DNA of 64,000 bases, taken from the NCBI RefSeq assembly GCF_009914755.1, contig NC_060930.1. One strand, 5' to 3'. Positions 47,171 to 64,000 of the stretch are shown here, piece after piece. The position numbers and the translations under genes were made by a program. Source of the stretch: the human T2T-CHM13v2.0 reference genome, Homo sapiens. Within the stretch, counting starts at the first letter, position 1. Each line of letters opens with the position of its first letter. The notes below the pieces were generated by a model. It ran no database searches and was not told the DNA's origin. It saw only the letters and a list, made by a program, of their open reading frames with translations.

Positions 47171-48919
47171 AGTGGCAAATTGACAACATCTACTTATTCG
47201 TTCAAAAGAAATAGGGTGAAAACATGAGATGATCCATGGATGTTTCAGCTTTTCTGTGACTGACCCTGCATACTGAAAAGCAATAAATTCCTTGCTAACT
47301 TAAATAAAGTAATGGCAGATATGCCTAAGGCCACAAATCTATTTAATGTAGTTGGAGTTAATTTGATTAATTGTGGATTTCTAGGCAGTAATCTCTTAAA
47401 CTTTGTACTCAGCTTTATTAACTTTCAGAAGCTAAGATGAACTTTTCTGTTGCTGTCATACTTTCAGAAACTCATATTGAGTACCAATTGCTGATCTCAA
47501 ACCCATTTTAAAATATTCCATTGCATTCTGGGTAATTTCATTTCTTGTCATTAATTTCACATTGAAATTTTTGGCTGTTGATTGCTGTGATAAAACCTTT
47601 CCCCATGAAACCTTCCTAGAAAAATTTTTACTTTATTTCATAAGTTATCAATGCTCAGAATTGAAATTCATTCTTTTATGTCTCCAAGAGGTGCTTATTG
47701 AGTGGTTACTATGTGCTAGGCCTGTCTTGGGCACTAAGGAGATGGGGGTGAACGAGATACATAAATGCTTTGCTTCTGTGGAGTTCACATTCCAGTGGAG
47801 GAAGGCAAAAGTAATAGGTGGACAAATGCATAAAATAATTTCAGGTATTAAATATTATATAGAAAATGGCCAGCTCATTTAAAACCTTATGGGTGTGTTC
47901 AGAGTTTAGATTTCATTCTAAGAACAAAGAAGTTACTGGGAATTTAAAGTGGAAAGTGTGAGCAGATTCACTATACACTGGTTATCAACTTATCACCCAC
48001 CCGCACATCAGGTTACATGAAGTGGGTTTATTACTCACAGAAACGTAGCCAGGAACAACGGAAGCCTAAGGTCCATTGTAAGCTGGTCCCTCAAGGCTCA
48101 GGAAAGCTGCCCTGGGCAGATGGAGTCTTGTCTGTACATCCTCTTGCACTGCAGGTGAGGGATCCCAGAAAGCAACCCACTCTATGTTTTACACTCCGGG
48201 GTCCTGGGGGGTCCCCTGGGCCAAAGCACCGAAGGACATCCTGTTTCTGGAGGGAAATGGAATAAAGCCCAGGCTGTTGTGACCAGCCTCTGCCTATCTC
48301 AGGACACTGCATTCCCAGCACATTTTATACTTATTCTTGAAAACTACAAATGAGAAAGGGAGAAGAACTGGGTTGATTCAAGGTCACCTGGATAACTGTC
48401 TGCAGAAAGATGTCTTTAAAAGTCCAAAATGGCTGCAATATTGTAAAATGGATTAAGGCAAGAAAGAGTAATTAAAGGTGATAAATGTTCAGGTAGAAGG
48501 TGAACTTGAATCAAGGTGGGAGGAGTGAAGATGAAGAGAAAGAAGGGTTCTCTGTAAACTGTAGAATATGCTTTTAGATCACTAGAAATACTGCCTACAC
48601 ACAATGATATATACTTTCTTTTTCTTACTATAAATATAACTATTATTTGTTTCATATATTTTTGTGTTGGCTACAATTTCCAAAATATAAATTAGTAATG
48701 GTTATAGAGGATATCCTCTAGGGTTTTAAATGTGATGTTGGTTTTTGGTTTGGGAGAGAGAGCCTTTTCATATTAATGCATTGTTACTCTGGTTCTAATT
48801 TTTGATCAGTTTTCAACAGGAATGGATGATGGATTTTATTGAATACTTTCTTGGTGTTAATGAAAAAATTCTATTTTTTACTGATGGCTTGCATAAAACT
48901 AATATATTTCTCAATATTA

Positions 48920-52665
<3,746 letters not shown>

Positions 52666-52849
52666 TAAAGCCATCACAATGCCAACTCCCCAGAGCCAAC
52701 CATTTTCAACACTTTCAGTTATTTTTAAATGATAAAAATTCAAATGCAGTGATTCTAGAAGTATGGTCCAGTGGTTTCTGGAAGTCTCCAAAATCTTTTA
52801 GTTAGGATTCCTTAAAGGGAGATCAAAGTTGAGGTAAAAACTAGATACT

Positions 52850-54619
52850 GTTTAGACCATTTACATTTAATGTAATTATATGTTTGAATTTAGGTCTTCC
52901 ATTTTATTATTTGTGTTTTCTTCCTGTCTGTCTTCTCTTTCCTGCCTTTTGTATTATTTGAACTTTCTTTTTTTTTTTTTTTTTTTTTAGCATTCCATCT
53001 GAATTTATTTTGATTTTAACCATATCTTTTCATATAAAATTTTAGTGGTTGCTCTAGGGATTTAAAAAAATACAAACTTAACACTTTAATGGCAATTTAT
53101 AATCAGCATTTTACCACTTTAATTGGAATGTGTAAAACTTACCAGTAGGTTTCCTTTCTCGTTTATGTATTACATCTGCACACATTGAAAACTCCATCAG
53201 ACAATGTTATACCCTGTGCTTTCAAACATCAGATATGTTTTAAAGTACTCAAAAAGAGAAGAACAGTCTATTATATTTACCCAGATACTTGCCATTTCTG
53301 TTGTTCCCTTTTATTACTGAAGTTCTGAGATTTCTTCTTGGATCATTTCCTTTCAGCCTGAAGAACTTGTTTAGCAAATCTCTTAAGTAGGTACACTGGT
53401 CAGAATTCTCTTAGTTTTCCTTCATCTAAGAATGTATTTATTTCACAGAATTCTCAGTTTATAGTTCCTTCCCTCCTTCCTTCCTTCCTTCTCTCCTTTA
53501 AAATGTTGTTCTACTTCCTTCTGGTCTCCGCAGTTTCTGATGAAAAATCTATAGTTATTCAAATTGAAAATCCTCTATTGACAATGCACTGTTTTTCTGT
53601 GGCTGCTTTAAAACTTTTTTCATTCTTTTTATTTTTCAACAATTTCATTGTGATGCATCTATGCATAATTTTATTTGTATTTATCCTTTTAAAAGTTCAC
53701 TCAGCTTTTTAAATCTGTAGGTTATATCCTTTGCCAAACTTGGGAAGTCTTCGGCCATTGTTTTTTCAGACTTTTTTTCAGCACTGCACTCTTTCTCTTG
53801 TCCTCTAAAACTCCAGAGACACAAACATTAGAACTTTTATTATTGTCTTATATGTACCTGAAGCTCTACTAGATTTTTTTCAACCTTTTTTCCCTCTTTT
53901 TTTGATGTATCTTCAAGTTCACTGTTTCCTCTGTCACATCCTTTGTGGTACTGAACCCAGCTAATGTGTTTGTTTTTTTTTAATATTGGTTATTGTGCTT
54001 TCAACTCTAAAATTTCTGATTTTTGTCCTGTATATCTTCTATTTCTTTAATGATACCTTGTATTTTTGCTTTTTCTTCAAGAGTGTTCAAGATTGCTCAT
54101 ACAAGCATTTTAAAAGCTTTGTCAGATACTTCCAACATTGGTGTCATCATGGCACTGGCATCTGTTGATTGACTTTTCCCATACATGTTGAGGTTTTCAT
54201 GGTTCTTTATATGCTGAATACTATTTGAGTGTACCCTGAACATTTTGATTATTATATATAAGACTTCAGGTCTTGTTTAAATCCTATGGAAGATGTTGAC
54301 ATTTTTGTTTTGGCGGGCACTTGACCTGGTTAAGTTCAGGCCTCACATTTCAACCCACCTTCTCTGAGCTGCAATTCCAATGTTAGTTCAATTTTCAAAG
54401 CCTTTCAATGCTACTCAGATCATTCCCAATTGGGTGCCCCCCGTGAGTGCTCCTTACCTAAAAGGTCAGACTGGAACCTGGGGAGACCTGTCTCTTAAGC
54501 TCAGTCCTCAAGGTCTTTTGAATGCCAATTAGGATCAGATTTAGACATGCTCAGGCCAGGGGTTAGCCAGGAGTTCATAAACCTCTTTATGGAGTTCCTT
54601 TCCCAGACACTCTTATTTT

Positions 54620-54651
<32 letters not shown>

Positions 54652-55050
54652 TTCTCTGGGGATAATGCTGTATGCTTTCCCAAACTCTTCTCTCTCTGCT
54701 CTCTCCTTAGCACCTCTGGTTCCCTGAGGCTTTATTTTATGGTTGTCCAGCCAGTAACTACCCACTTCTGTGACTGCCTTACAGCAGTGCTGGGAGAGAG
54801 AGGGTGAGAGAGAGAGAGAGGAAGACAGAGAGGCAACAGTGTTTGTGGCACCTTCTTGGAGCTGCGGTTCTTCTGAACTGAGAGCAAGGTTTCTCTCCCT
54901 CAGAGCTGTAGCTCCTGCAGATTCCTGTTGCTGGCCTCTTTTGCTGCTGCACCGAGCCTGCTGTGGGCTTGCCTGAGGGTTGGGGCACCAGAGAGTGGAG
55001 AAGAAGGAGAGAAAAAAAATACTGAGGGATTTCCCACACACTCTCTTTCC
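52850..55050 (-). mobile_element. Old L1 (L1M) fragments
   Basis: Degenerate antisense L1, similar to 43410-46100. Confidence 0.6.
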
Positions 55051-55689
55051 CTTAAAAGACTAGAGCTACTACCATGCCATAATTAGCTAAAACTTCCACT
55101 TTCTGGAAGAACTGTCATTTTCTTACAGCTATTCACTTTCTTTCAACGTTCGTCACCAACATAAACACTAGACTCTCTTTGGGTGCTGTTTTCATTAAAG
55201 AAGTGAAACTTTTATCACTTCATGATGGTCGCTGAGTATGCTAAGGGAAGCAGAGAAAAACAGGGCTGCGTCTCCCTGTGGAGACTGGAGGTGGGCAGGC
55301 CCATCGATTGGCCAAGCGGCTCAGCGTAGCATCTGCTACTAAAATCGGGCCCCAGAAAAGTTACCCATTGTGCCATAATCATGTAGGCCTCTGGAAATCC
55401 TTGAGGAAACTCCAAATAGTGAATGTTAAATTAAAAAATGACAAAGTTCCATTTGATTGTTATCATTCTTGAGAGGTAATTTCACTATGATCTGTCAGGA
55501 AACATCTGTAAGAGATTCAGCCATAATGTGTTAAGGAGAAGGTTAGAAAATCTAGGGAAAAGCTCCTATCATTTTATAGTTTCTTTGGGGATTGAAATAT
55601 ATCTACTGAAGCAGGCTTCAAACTAGTGTGTCTAGAAATGGGATATCTTCACCTGGGATGGGGTAGTTGCCCTTGAGCCACATGACCCA

Positions 55690-55830
55690 GGCATAATTAC
55701 AGATTTTCAGGAGTGGAAGAGACTTGAGATGCTATCTGACCAAACCTTCTGTTTTTACAGACGAAGAAACTAAAGCCAACATGTGAAGTAAGAACCTGTC
55801 AAGGGTCATATTAGGTCACATCAGGTCATA
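55690..55830. mobile_element. MIR fragment
   Basis: TTTTACAGACGAAGAAACTAAAGCC...TCAAGGGTCA core. Confidence 0.65.
55803..55828 (+). promoter_or_regulatory. Tandem DR4-DR4 nuclear receptor element GGGTCA-tatt-AGGTCA-catc-AGGTCA
   Basis: Three RGGTCA half-sites with exact 4-nt spacers; function not shown. Confidence 0.55.
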
Positions 55831-57354
55831 TCCTAACATGTGTTGGCATCCTTTCCCCCTGTGCTGTCTGATATGCCTGGGAGACGCCCTCCGTCCTGCT
55901 TCCCACTAGGGCTACACTGGTATGTGAGTCCTTTGGGGGCAAAATCACCCATTTTGGGAATTTTGGAAGCAGAACAAAAGTGGCAGTGTTCTGATGGTTC
56001 TAGTTAAAGATGGAGAGGGATGTGGGTCTATTGCAGACATAAAGAACTCTCTTCTGAATGGGAGGGGCAGCCCAAGACCCTGGAATTACAATGTGATGGG
56101 ACAGTTCAAGTCAAGTCTTTGTTTTGGCAGGTCAAACGGTGTAAACTTTGCTGGAAGGAACCTTACTCAGAGGGCCAATCACCTGCTTCTCTAGAGTTCT
56201 CAAGCTCTCCTGTGAGCACCAGGTTGAGCTGCAGAAAGCCAGAACCAGCTCAGAAACTGAGAAATGGACATGAAGATGCCCAGGTCTGCAGATGGTTTCC
56301 ATTCTGAAAAGTGATAGTCCCAAGGGGGACTGGCATGCAGTCATTCATTCAACAATTGTGCTCCTACTCTGTGAAGTATTGGGGATACAGTGCTGAGCAC
56401 AGACAGACCTAGTCTCTGTCCTTTGCACCTTTCAGTGAAGGATAGGAGGTAGACATTGATGCAACAAGCACCCGAGTAAATGTAAGACCATGCAGTGATA
56501 AAGGCCGTGGAGGAAGGGCCCATGCAGGGGCAGAAAACAGAGGAAGGGGCTGGTGGAGCAGCTCCTCTAGCTCAAGGCTGAGTGGTATAAACTGTAGCTA
56601 CTGCATGATCTGAACGTGTCTTAAGGAGGGTATCCCCAAAGCGGGCTCATTGGGAGTTACTGTGGAGCGCTAGTTTATTGTAATTGCCATATGTTTATAA
56701 GTAATGGAATCCTAGAATTAGAAGGAACTTCGGTCACCTTTTAATTTAATATTTATCTTTCTCAATCCAGGAAACATCTCTACAGCATCCCTAACTGGGG
56801 GTTGATCCATTCATTTCCAGACACAGAGAACAGAGTCACATTCTGCTGTTTCCATATGTACCATTTTAGTAAGACTTCTTGGGGCACAAGGCAGGAAGTT
56901 GGGGACAATATATTTGTCTGCACCAAGGCAGCCTGAGAAGAGAGAAGTGAATACTCCTGGGGTTATTCTATATTATTCACTTAATATTCTAAGTGAGTCC
57001 TCTAGGGGTACCTGAGACATGGAGTATGAAAGTACACATTCACAAAAGTACCAGCTTTAAAACTAGATTATCTCTACTATTCAAAAACACCAAGGAAAGG
57101 CCACACAATGGAGACAAAGTGCATCTGAGATCTAGCAAATTTCCCTGTTGGCCACATACTGATAATGATGTATTAAAATCAATTCTATACTGTGGGGTAC
57201 TTATTTGACATTAATAGGTACCATGGTGGTTTAACATAGTTGCTGCCCAGAGAAAACGCCGCACACTCACCTACACTAAAATGAAGTCTGAGTCAGCTGC
57301 CTCCCCTCCGCCATCCCTTCCAAAGCCAATGGTTGAAAGTCACAGAAGTCCCTC

Positions 57355-57373
57355 TGCTGCCACCTAGTGACGA
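57355..57373 (-). promoter_or_regulatory. CTCF motif
   Basis: Minus strand GTCACTAGGTGGCAGC, close to the CTCF core. Confidence 0.6.
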
Positions 57374-58337
57374 CAATGTGAATACAACTACACAGCCTCC
57401 TGGGAAAGAAGTTTTGAACCACGTTTGCTTCTAAAGGAAGCCTGTAATTACCTCTGAGTGCTCTATTTTGGCTACAATTTAAAAACATATATATTTTAAA
57501 ACTCTATAAACTCTTATGCATATCCCTTTTTAAGAATCTGACCTGTAATGGATGTAGCCTCACTTTCAAGAACCTAAAAGCTATGCCCCCAATTCAGGGA
57601 GTAGAACAGACAGGCTTAACAACAGTGCCTAAAAATGCCACTAAATTTATCTTTAAAATGCCTGTGGTTCCTTAGCACTTGAATTCCGTTATGCCCCTGG
57701 GTATAGTCACCTGGATGTTAGGGGCTGTCAAAATTCAGCCCTCAGTTGGTGATCAGTAGGTTTTCCCTTTAAGTGGTTTCTGAAAGGATTTTTTTTAAAA
57801 ATCTTGAAATTCTCATGTCTGGATGATGTTTCCAGTTTTGTGGAAGAATAAAAGAAAAGGGACATGAAATTCTGGCTCCCTGGGGGCAGTGGCTGTGTCT
57901 TATTAATCTCTGTGCCCATTGTACCAACACCGGTCAGTCACAGCATGTACTCAACCAATGCTGATGAATGCAGAGGGGCGAGGGGCTGGCACGCTCTTGA
58001 CCCCTTATAGGGGCTGCGTCGATGGCCAGGGTTCAATGGGAACTTTCTGGTACAGTCTTGCTCTGCCAATCTTTCAAATTAAGTGCAGCACAATTGGAAG
58101 CCTCACATTCTCATAGACGGGTTGAGGAGGGCATTAGGGGCAGAAAGGCTCACATAAGGCCTGAGCGTGAGGTTTCCTGCCCAGCACTGCTGTGCCATTG
58201 CAGCCCACCTTCTTCTCACCTTTCCTTCCACACCACGGCGCGGCAGGTGCAGAAACCGTGCTGGGATTGAGGCCCTAGAGGCTGACTACAGGTCTTGGGG
58301 GCAAAACATCTGGACACACAGCTGAAGATGAGCCAAG

Positions 58338-58767
58338 TATATTAGTCAGGGTTCTCTAGAGAAACAGAACCAACAAGATAGAGAGATGCAGAGAGACAGA
58401 GGGACAGACAGACAGATTTAAGTAACTGACCCATAAAATCTTGGAGGCTTGGCAAGTCCAAAATCTGCAAGATGGAAGTGGGCTGGCACATTGGAGACTC
58501 AAGGAAGAGTTGCACGTTGAGTTCAAAGGCCGGCTGCTGGCAGAATTCCTTTCTGCTCAGGTGAAGTCGGTCTCTGTTCTATTAAGACCTTCAACTGATT
58601 GGATGAGGTCCACCCATATTATGAAGGGTCATTTGCTTTACTCAACATCTACTCATCTAAATATTAATCTCATTGAAAAAAAACCCCAGAAACATCCAGA
58701 ATAGCATTTGACCAAATGTTTGGACAATGCAGCCTAGCCACATTAACACACAAAATTAACTGTCACA
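58338..58767. mobile_element. MLT2-type ERVL LTR
   Basis: TATATTAGTCAGGGTTCTCTAGAGAAACAGAACC...AAAATTAACTGTCACA. Confidence 0.85.
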
Positions 58768-59737
58768 GCAAGACACCAGGGAAGCATTGGAAGATGTTAG
58801 CGGCTGTCATTGAAATGGGTGCCGTCAGGTGGACGGCAGCCATCCATCGGGCAAGAGCGGGGCAGCTGGAAGGGCCCTCCCCTCCCGTTTGCTTTCTGCT
58901 CTTCACAGCTCACGGATAGAGGAATTTTCTCAGCACATTTCCCAGGAGGAGTTTGGCACCACCATTTCTTGAAAACAGATGTCTGCAGGGATGTGTGTGT
59001 GCCTGTGAATATGAAGTCCAGAGCCTGGGACTGAGAACAGCAAGGGGAACAGGTGGCCACAGGGGAGTTGCCAGATTGCTGACTTAAGATGTGCTCCCAG
59101 GGCTGCACTGGTGTCGGTCGTGAGAGCGATCACGGTTTGTGCAACGTCTGAACTTTCTATCAACTTATGGTTTAATCAATTTGCTGTTTACTCCAGCTAT
59201 TTGCAACCTCTCCTCAGTTACTTGGTGTTCAGCAGTGTAATATATCTTCATGTGTGAATATAAATATACTATTTAGTGGAAACTAAAAGGAATTGTGGAG
59301 GAAGAATTTTTTTGGATAATTTTATGTTTTCATAATGTAAAAATTAAAGATATTTGAAGAGTTGAGTATGTCAGTTTTGGGGATGCAAGAGAATGACTTC
59401 GGGACTACCATAATATTTAAAATCGTCACTACTCTTTCTTTCCACCTAAGTCTCATAGCAAAAGAGGAAATTTACTTCAGTCTCTTTCTGTAGCAGAACA
59501 TTATCGTGCTGTATTCCTGTGTTCACTTATCTGCGCTGGATTGTGAGTCCTTACAGAGAGAAATTGTTATGTGCTATATTCCCAACACCTGCACATTATA
59601 GGTGGTCACTAAGTGCTTGATGAATAAATGAATGAGGGAATAATATTGTTTATTATTTTTTGCTGTTATTTATAATTGGGAGTGGGTAGGATTTGGATTA
59701 TGAAGACTCTGGGAAGCCTCATAAGAACCTCAGACTC

Positions 59738-60029
59738 ACTGGGCGCGGTGGCTCACACCTGTAATCCCAGCACTTTGGGAGGCCGAGGCAGGCGGATCAC
59801 GAGGTCGGGAGATCGAGACCATCCTGGCTAACACGGTGAAACCCGGTCTCCACTAAAAATACAAAAAACTAGCCAGGTGTGGTGGCGGGCGCCTGTAGTC
59901 CCAGCTACTCCAGAGGCTGAGGCAGGAGAATGGCCGTGAACCCGGGAGGCGGAGGTTGCAATGAGCCGAGATCGCACCACTGCACTCCAGCCTGGGCGAC
60001 AGAGCAAGACTCCATCTCAAAAAGAAAAA
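59738..60029 (+). mobile_element. AluY-like
   Basis: CpG-rich; GATCGAGACCATCCTGGCTAACACGG; TSD AACCTCAGAC. Confidence 0.95.
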
Positions 60030-61323
60030 CCTCAGACCAGACTCAACGTGTCCAAAAAAGAGCTCACCTTGTACCCCTAGATCCTGAAGCGGCTTCCAGT
60101 AGCTCAACCTCCTCCCATCCAGTTCCATCTCTGCCAGGGATCTTTTAAAAATGCAAATCTCATTATGTCTCTTTCCTGCCTCAAACCTCCCAGTGGTTCT
60201 CCAGTCTGTCAGGAGAGGGTATAGACTGTGGCCTGGCCCGGGAAGTTCTTTGAGGTCAACCCCTGCCTACTCATCTTGCTAACTCTTATGGCTCTCTGAC
60301 ACTAGGCTTTTGCTCCAATCATATAAGCAACTGTATTTCCATAAAATTGCAATGTTCTTCCCTACCTCCTCACTTAACTAATTTTCACTTTACTGATCAT
60401 TTCTTATTTTACTATCAGCGTCTCTTTCTCCTTATTCTTCAGGGAACATTTCTCTCCACCATCCTGTGCCACACTGTGGGGGTGTCAGTAACACCCTCTG
60501 TCCTCTCCTGGCCAAAGGAAAGGGGTGTCATTCAGCCCAGGCCCCTGGATCCTCATCTCGGGATTTGGAAATGTGACCGAAGTGACATAAAGAAAGACAT
60601 GAAGTGCGAGGAGCTCATTCAGTCAGCTCTGCAGCTCCAGCTGGGTTACCTGTGAGTCCTTGCTAGCCAGATCCCTTGATTTGCCGTGACTCCTGCCTTT
60701 GCCAAGTCTGTCTTCATAGATTCTTTCAAATGTGGTTCCATCTTGCCTGAGTTCGTCAGAGCCAGATTCTGTGCTGTAATAAAAAACCCCAAATCAACTC
60801 ACCTCTCACCCTCCACAGTGCAGCTTCTGGAAGATTCCAGATGCCCCAGCCTGACTGAGAATTCTCTCTCCTCTGCTCTCAAAGTCCCTTTGGGTGCTTC
60901 TACCAAAGCACTGACAGCGTGATTCTGATTTGATCGCTGGTGTCTGAGAGCTGTGAACGTCTTGATGGTTTTGGCGCCCAGCACCATTCCTGCCTCATAA
61001 TTGGCACGTGATAAAGGCTTGTCGCATTCCCTCATTCAAAATAAACATAGAAGACAATCCAGAGATTGCAGCTTCACAGAAATCACAGAAGGAAATTTAT
61101 ATTTATAGAGACGGCATATAAAATTTTAAAACAATTTTAATGAAAATCTTGAAAATAGACATTCTCTTCTTTAAACAACATAAACTGAACAAACTCAGTC
61201 TGTTTTGGTGCCTCTGTGAGTACCCTCGGTTGCTCTGGGCTGCTGTGCGATGCTGACCGGGACTTCCTCAGAGGCCTCATCTTCTGCATCCAGTGGACTG
61301 CAAGCCACTTTACACTTCCTGGG

Positions 61324-61703
61324 TGATAAGGTTTGGATTTGTGTCCCCGCCCAAATCTCATGTGGAATGTCATTCCTAATGTTGGAAGAGGGGCCTGGTG
61401 GGAGGTGATTGGATCATGGGGGCAGAATTCCCTCTTGCAGTTCTCTTGGTAGTGAGTTCTCACAAGATCTGGTTGTTTAAAAGTATGTAGCACCTCCTGC
61501 TTTCGCTGTCTTCCTCCTGCTCCCGCCATGTAAGACGTGGCCTCCTTTCCCTTCGCCTTCCGCCATGATTGAAAGTCTTCAGAGGCCTCCCCAGCCATGC
61601 TTCATGTACAGCCTGTGGAACTGTGAGCCAATTAAACCTCTTTTCTTCATAAATCACCCAGGCTCGGGTATGTCTTTACAGCAATGTGAGAACGGACTCA
61701 TAC
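61324..61703 (+). mobile_element. MSTA-like MaLR LTR
   Basis: TGATAAGGTTTGGATTTGTGTCCCCGCCCAAATCTC...AACGGACTCATAC. Confidence 0.85.
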
Positions 61704-62447
61704 TGTGGGTCTGTAGCCTCTTTCCATGGTATTATCTCATATTTTTCAATGTTTCTTTGATGCATGTTTTAAGAAATGTTAATTGAAAGCATGTCATGGG
61801 ACAGGCACTGGATTACGTCTTAGAAATGCCAAGATGCACAGCCACAGTTGCTTTCTCCAGGACGGCACAGGTGAGGAGGGGGATCAAAAATAAAGGCTAG
61901 AGATAGGTGCCTGTGCTGGGTGCTTGGGGCATATAGGTAGGGTACCTGATCCACTGGGGTCAGAGAAAGTTTTCTGGAGGTGTTACCTGAGAAGAGCCTT
62001 GGGGGAAATGGGCATTATCCAGGTGAAGAAGGATTTTCTGAAGGTTCTGGACAGCTGTGTTACGAGACACCCAGCTTCTCTGCTTCTCCTGGGAACACGC
62101 GTTGTGCTTCTACTCCATGGCGCTCCTGGGAGCTGCCGCATCCATGGCATGCTCTCCCCTGCCCCCACAGCTAACTGGTGTTATGGGTGGGCTAAGTGGC
62201 CAAAAGTGAGCGTTCAGGTTGGCACACTGCCACACTGAGCCTGGAGAATCTTCCCCCAGAATGCTTTGAATTATTAGTCAAACAGAGAGTTTCTTTCTGG
62301 CAGTAAGAGCAATAAAATGTGAGATTCACGAGTTGGCCTTCATGTTTCTCGCCTTTGGAGAAAGCTGTCCCACAGAGAGGGAGAGTGCAGGCCTCTGAAG
62401 AGAGTCACAGATAGAGATGAGGAGTCCTGGGGGGATCTAGACCCTGA

Positions 62448-62834
<387 letters not shown>

Positions 62835-63424
62835 TAATTATTTAATAAAGAATTTATAGTAAATAACTAAATTCCTAAGAAATAGCTTAAGCTATTCTTT
62901 GTGGGGTTTCTGTCATCCATAACCAAAAAAAATTTAGATAAATGTAGTGTCCTCATCTCTGGGGCATCAATTGCCACGAGTCAGTAAGTGCTGGAGGACA
63001 AGCTCCCTTGCTTAGAAAACTAGGCTGCATTACAGAGGAATTGTTTTAAGGAACAATGCTTGAGGTTTCTAAGCAGATGAATTTAGAAATCTGAACTATG
63101 AGAGCATATTGAGAATATTAAGAATATTGGAGGCAGTAATCATGCAGGCTAGATCACTTAAAGACCACCAGAGGATGGGCTATTAGATGCTGGGTCAGAC
63201 GCCTGTGCCTTTCCTTCAGTCCACGCACTGGCCACCCAGTAGGAACCTCCTTCTCTGCCCTTCCACCTTCTTGAGCCCTGTCACCTCTGTTCTCAGCCTG
63301 CCCTTGGCCTTGGATTAGTACGTCGGCCTCCTTCAGATCAGAGCTGTCTGCTATTAACTCAGTTCTTAGCGTCGACCTATTTCCTGGCATAGCCGTTAAT
63401 GACCTGCTTACACTTTTCCTAGTA

Positions 63425-63757
63425 CAGCCATCCCTTGGTATCCATTGGGGATTGGTTCCAGGACCACCTCATAGATACCAAAATCTGTGGATGCTCAAGT
63501 CTCTGATAAAAAATGGCATAGTATTTGCATATAACCCATGTAATTCTCCCACGTATTTAAAATCCTTTCTAGCTTATTTGTAATACTGAATACAATCCCT
63601 ACACATTACTTCATTCATGTGGATTCAATGGAGTACTCGGCATGCAGCAAATTCAAGTTTTGCTTTTTGGTACTTTGTGAAAACATTTTTTTTCTGCATA
63701 TTTTCTAACTGTGTTTGGTTGAATCTATGGATGTGGAACCTACAGAGAGCCAACTGT
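63425..63757 (+). mobile_element. MER2/MER2B DNA transposon
   Basis: CAGCCATCCCTTGGTATCCATTGGGATTGGTTCCAGGACC...GAGCCAACTG. Confidence 0.8.
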
Positions 63758-63904
63758 ATATGACTACTCTCTGAAGTGTGTTTTACCTTTTTGTGTCCAA
63801 GCTGAAAACTTGAAGGGCCCCCTGAGCCACAAGAGGGCTCAATCAAGCGAAGGAGTTACTCAAAGACCAGCCAGATGGCACTCATTGGCTGGAAAGCCTG
63901 TAAT

Positions 63905-63988
63905 GATTTAAAGGAATTCTTCTTGGCTTTTAGGATTTAAAAAAATTCTTCTTGACTTTTAGTATTTGAAGGAATTCTTGACTTTTAG
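63905..63988 (+). repeat. About 29-bp tandem repeat, 3 copies
   Basis: GATTTAAAGGAATTCTTCTTGGCTTTTAG-like units at 63905, 63934, 63963. Confidence 0.8.
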
Positions 63989-64000
63989 GACAGCAGAGGC

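Noticed and set aside
47985-48410. Possible ERVL-type LTR
   Set aside because: LTR-like character but no family recognised with confidence.

Overview
Primate DNA, almost certainly human and recognised from memory as 6p25. It contains the complete 10-exon ECI2 (PECI) gene on the minus strand (CDS 36848->17163, 1185 nt, 394 aa: N-terminal mitochondrial presequence, acyl-CoA-binding domain, crotonase-fold enoyl-CoA isomerase, C-terminal SKL PTS1) with a GC-box/G-rich CpG-island promoter at about 36250-37620. The 3' part of TEX56P/C6orf201 (DUF4523-like) runs on the plus strand and is interleaved antisense with ECI2. Its RRM-like exon at 16730-16952 is still an open frame, but its splice acceptor reads TAC instead of TAG; a cryptic AG 34 nt upstream gives a frameshift and early stop. 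The rest is repeat-dense (about 28 Alus, L1, L2, MIR, MaLR/ERV LTRs, TcMar/hAT DNA transposons). It includes a 1.8 kb 3'UTR-like retrocopy with an 18-bp TSD nested in an LTR nested in an L1, a tandem DR4-DR4 nuclear-receptor element made by triplication of a MIR half-site, and several template-switch/slippage scars. I found no new multi-gene system. The best leads are the single-base TEX56 lesion with its antisense overlap of ECI2, a possible splice switch controlling ECI2 mitochondrial versus peroxisomal targeting, and the DR4 element. Repeat subfamily names and boundaries are by-eye recognition, not RepeatMasker output.
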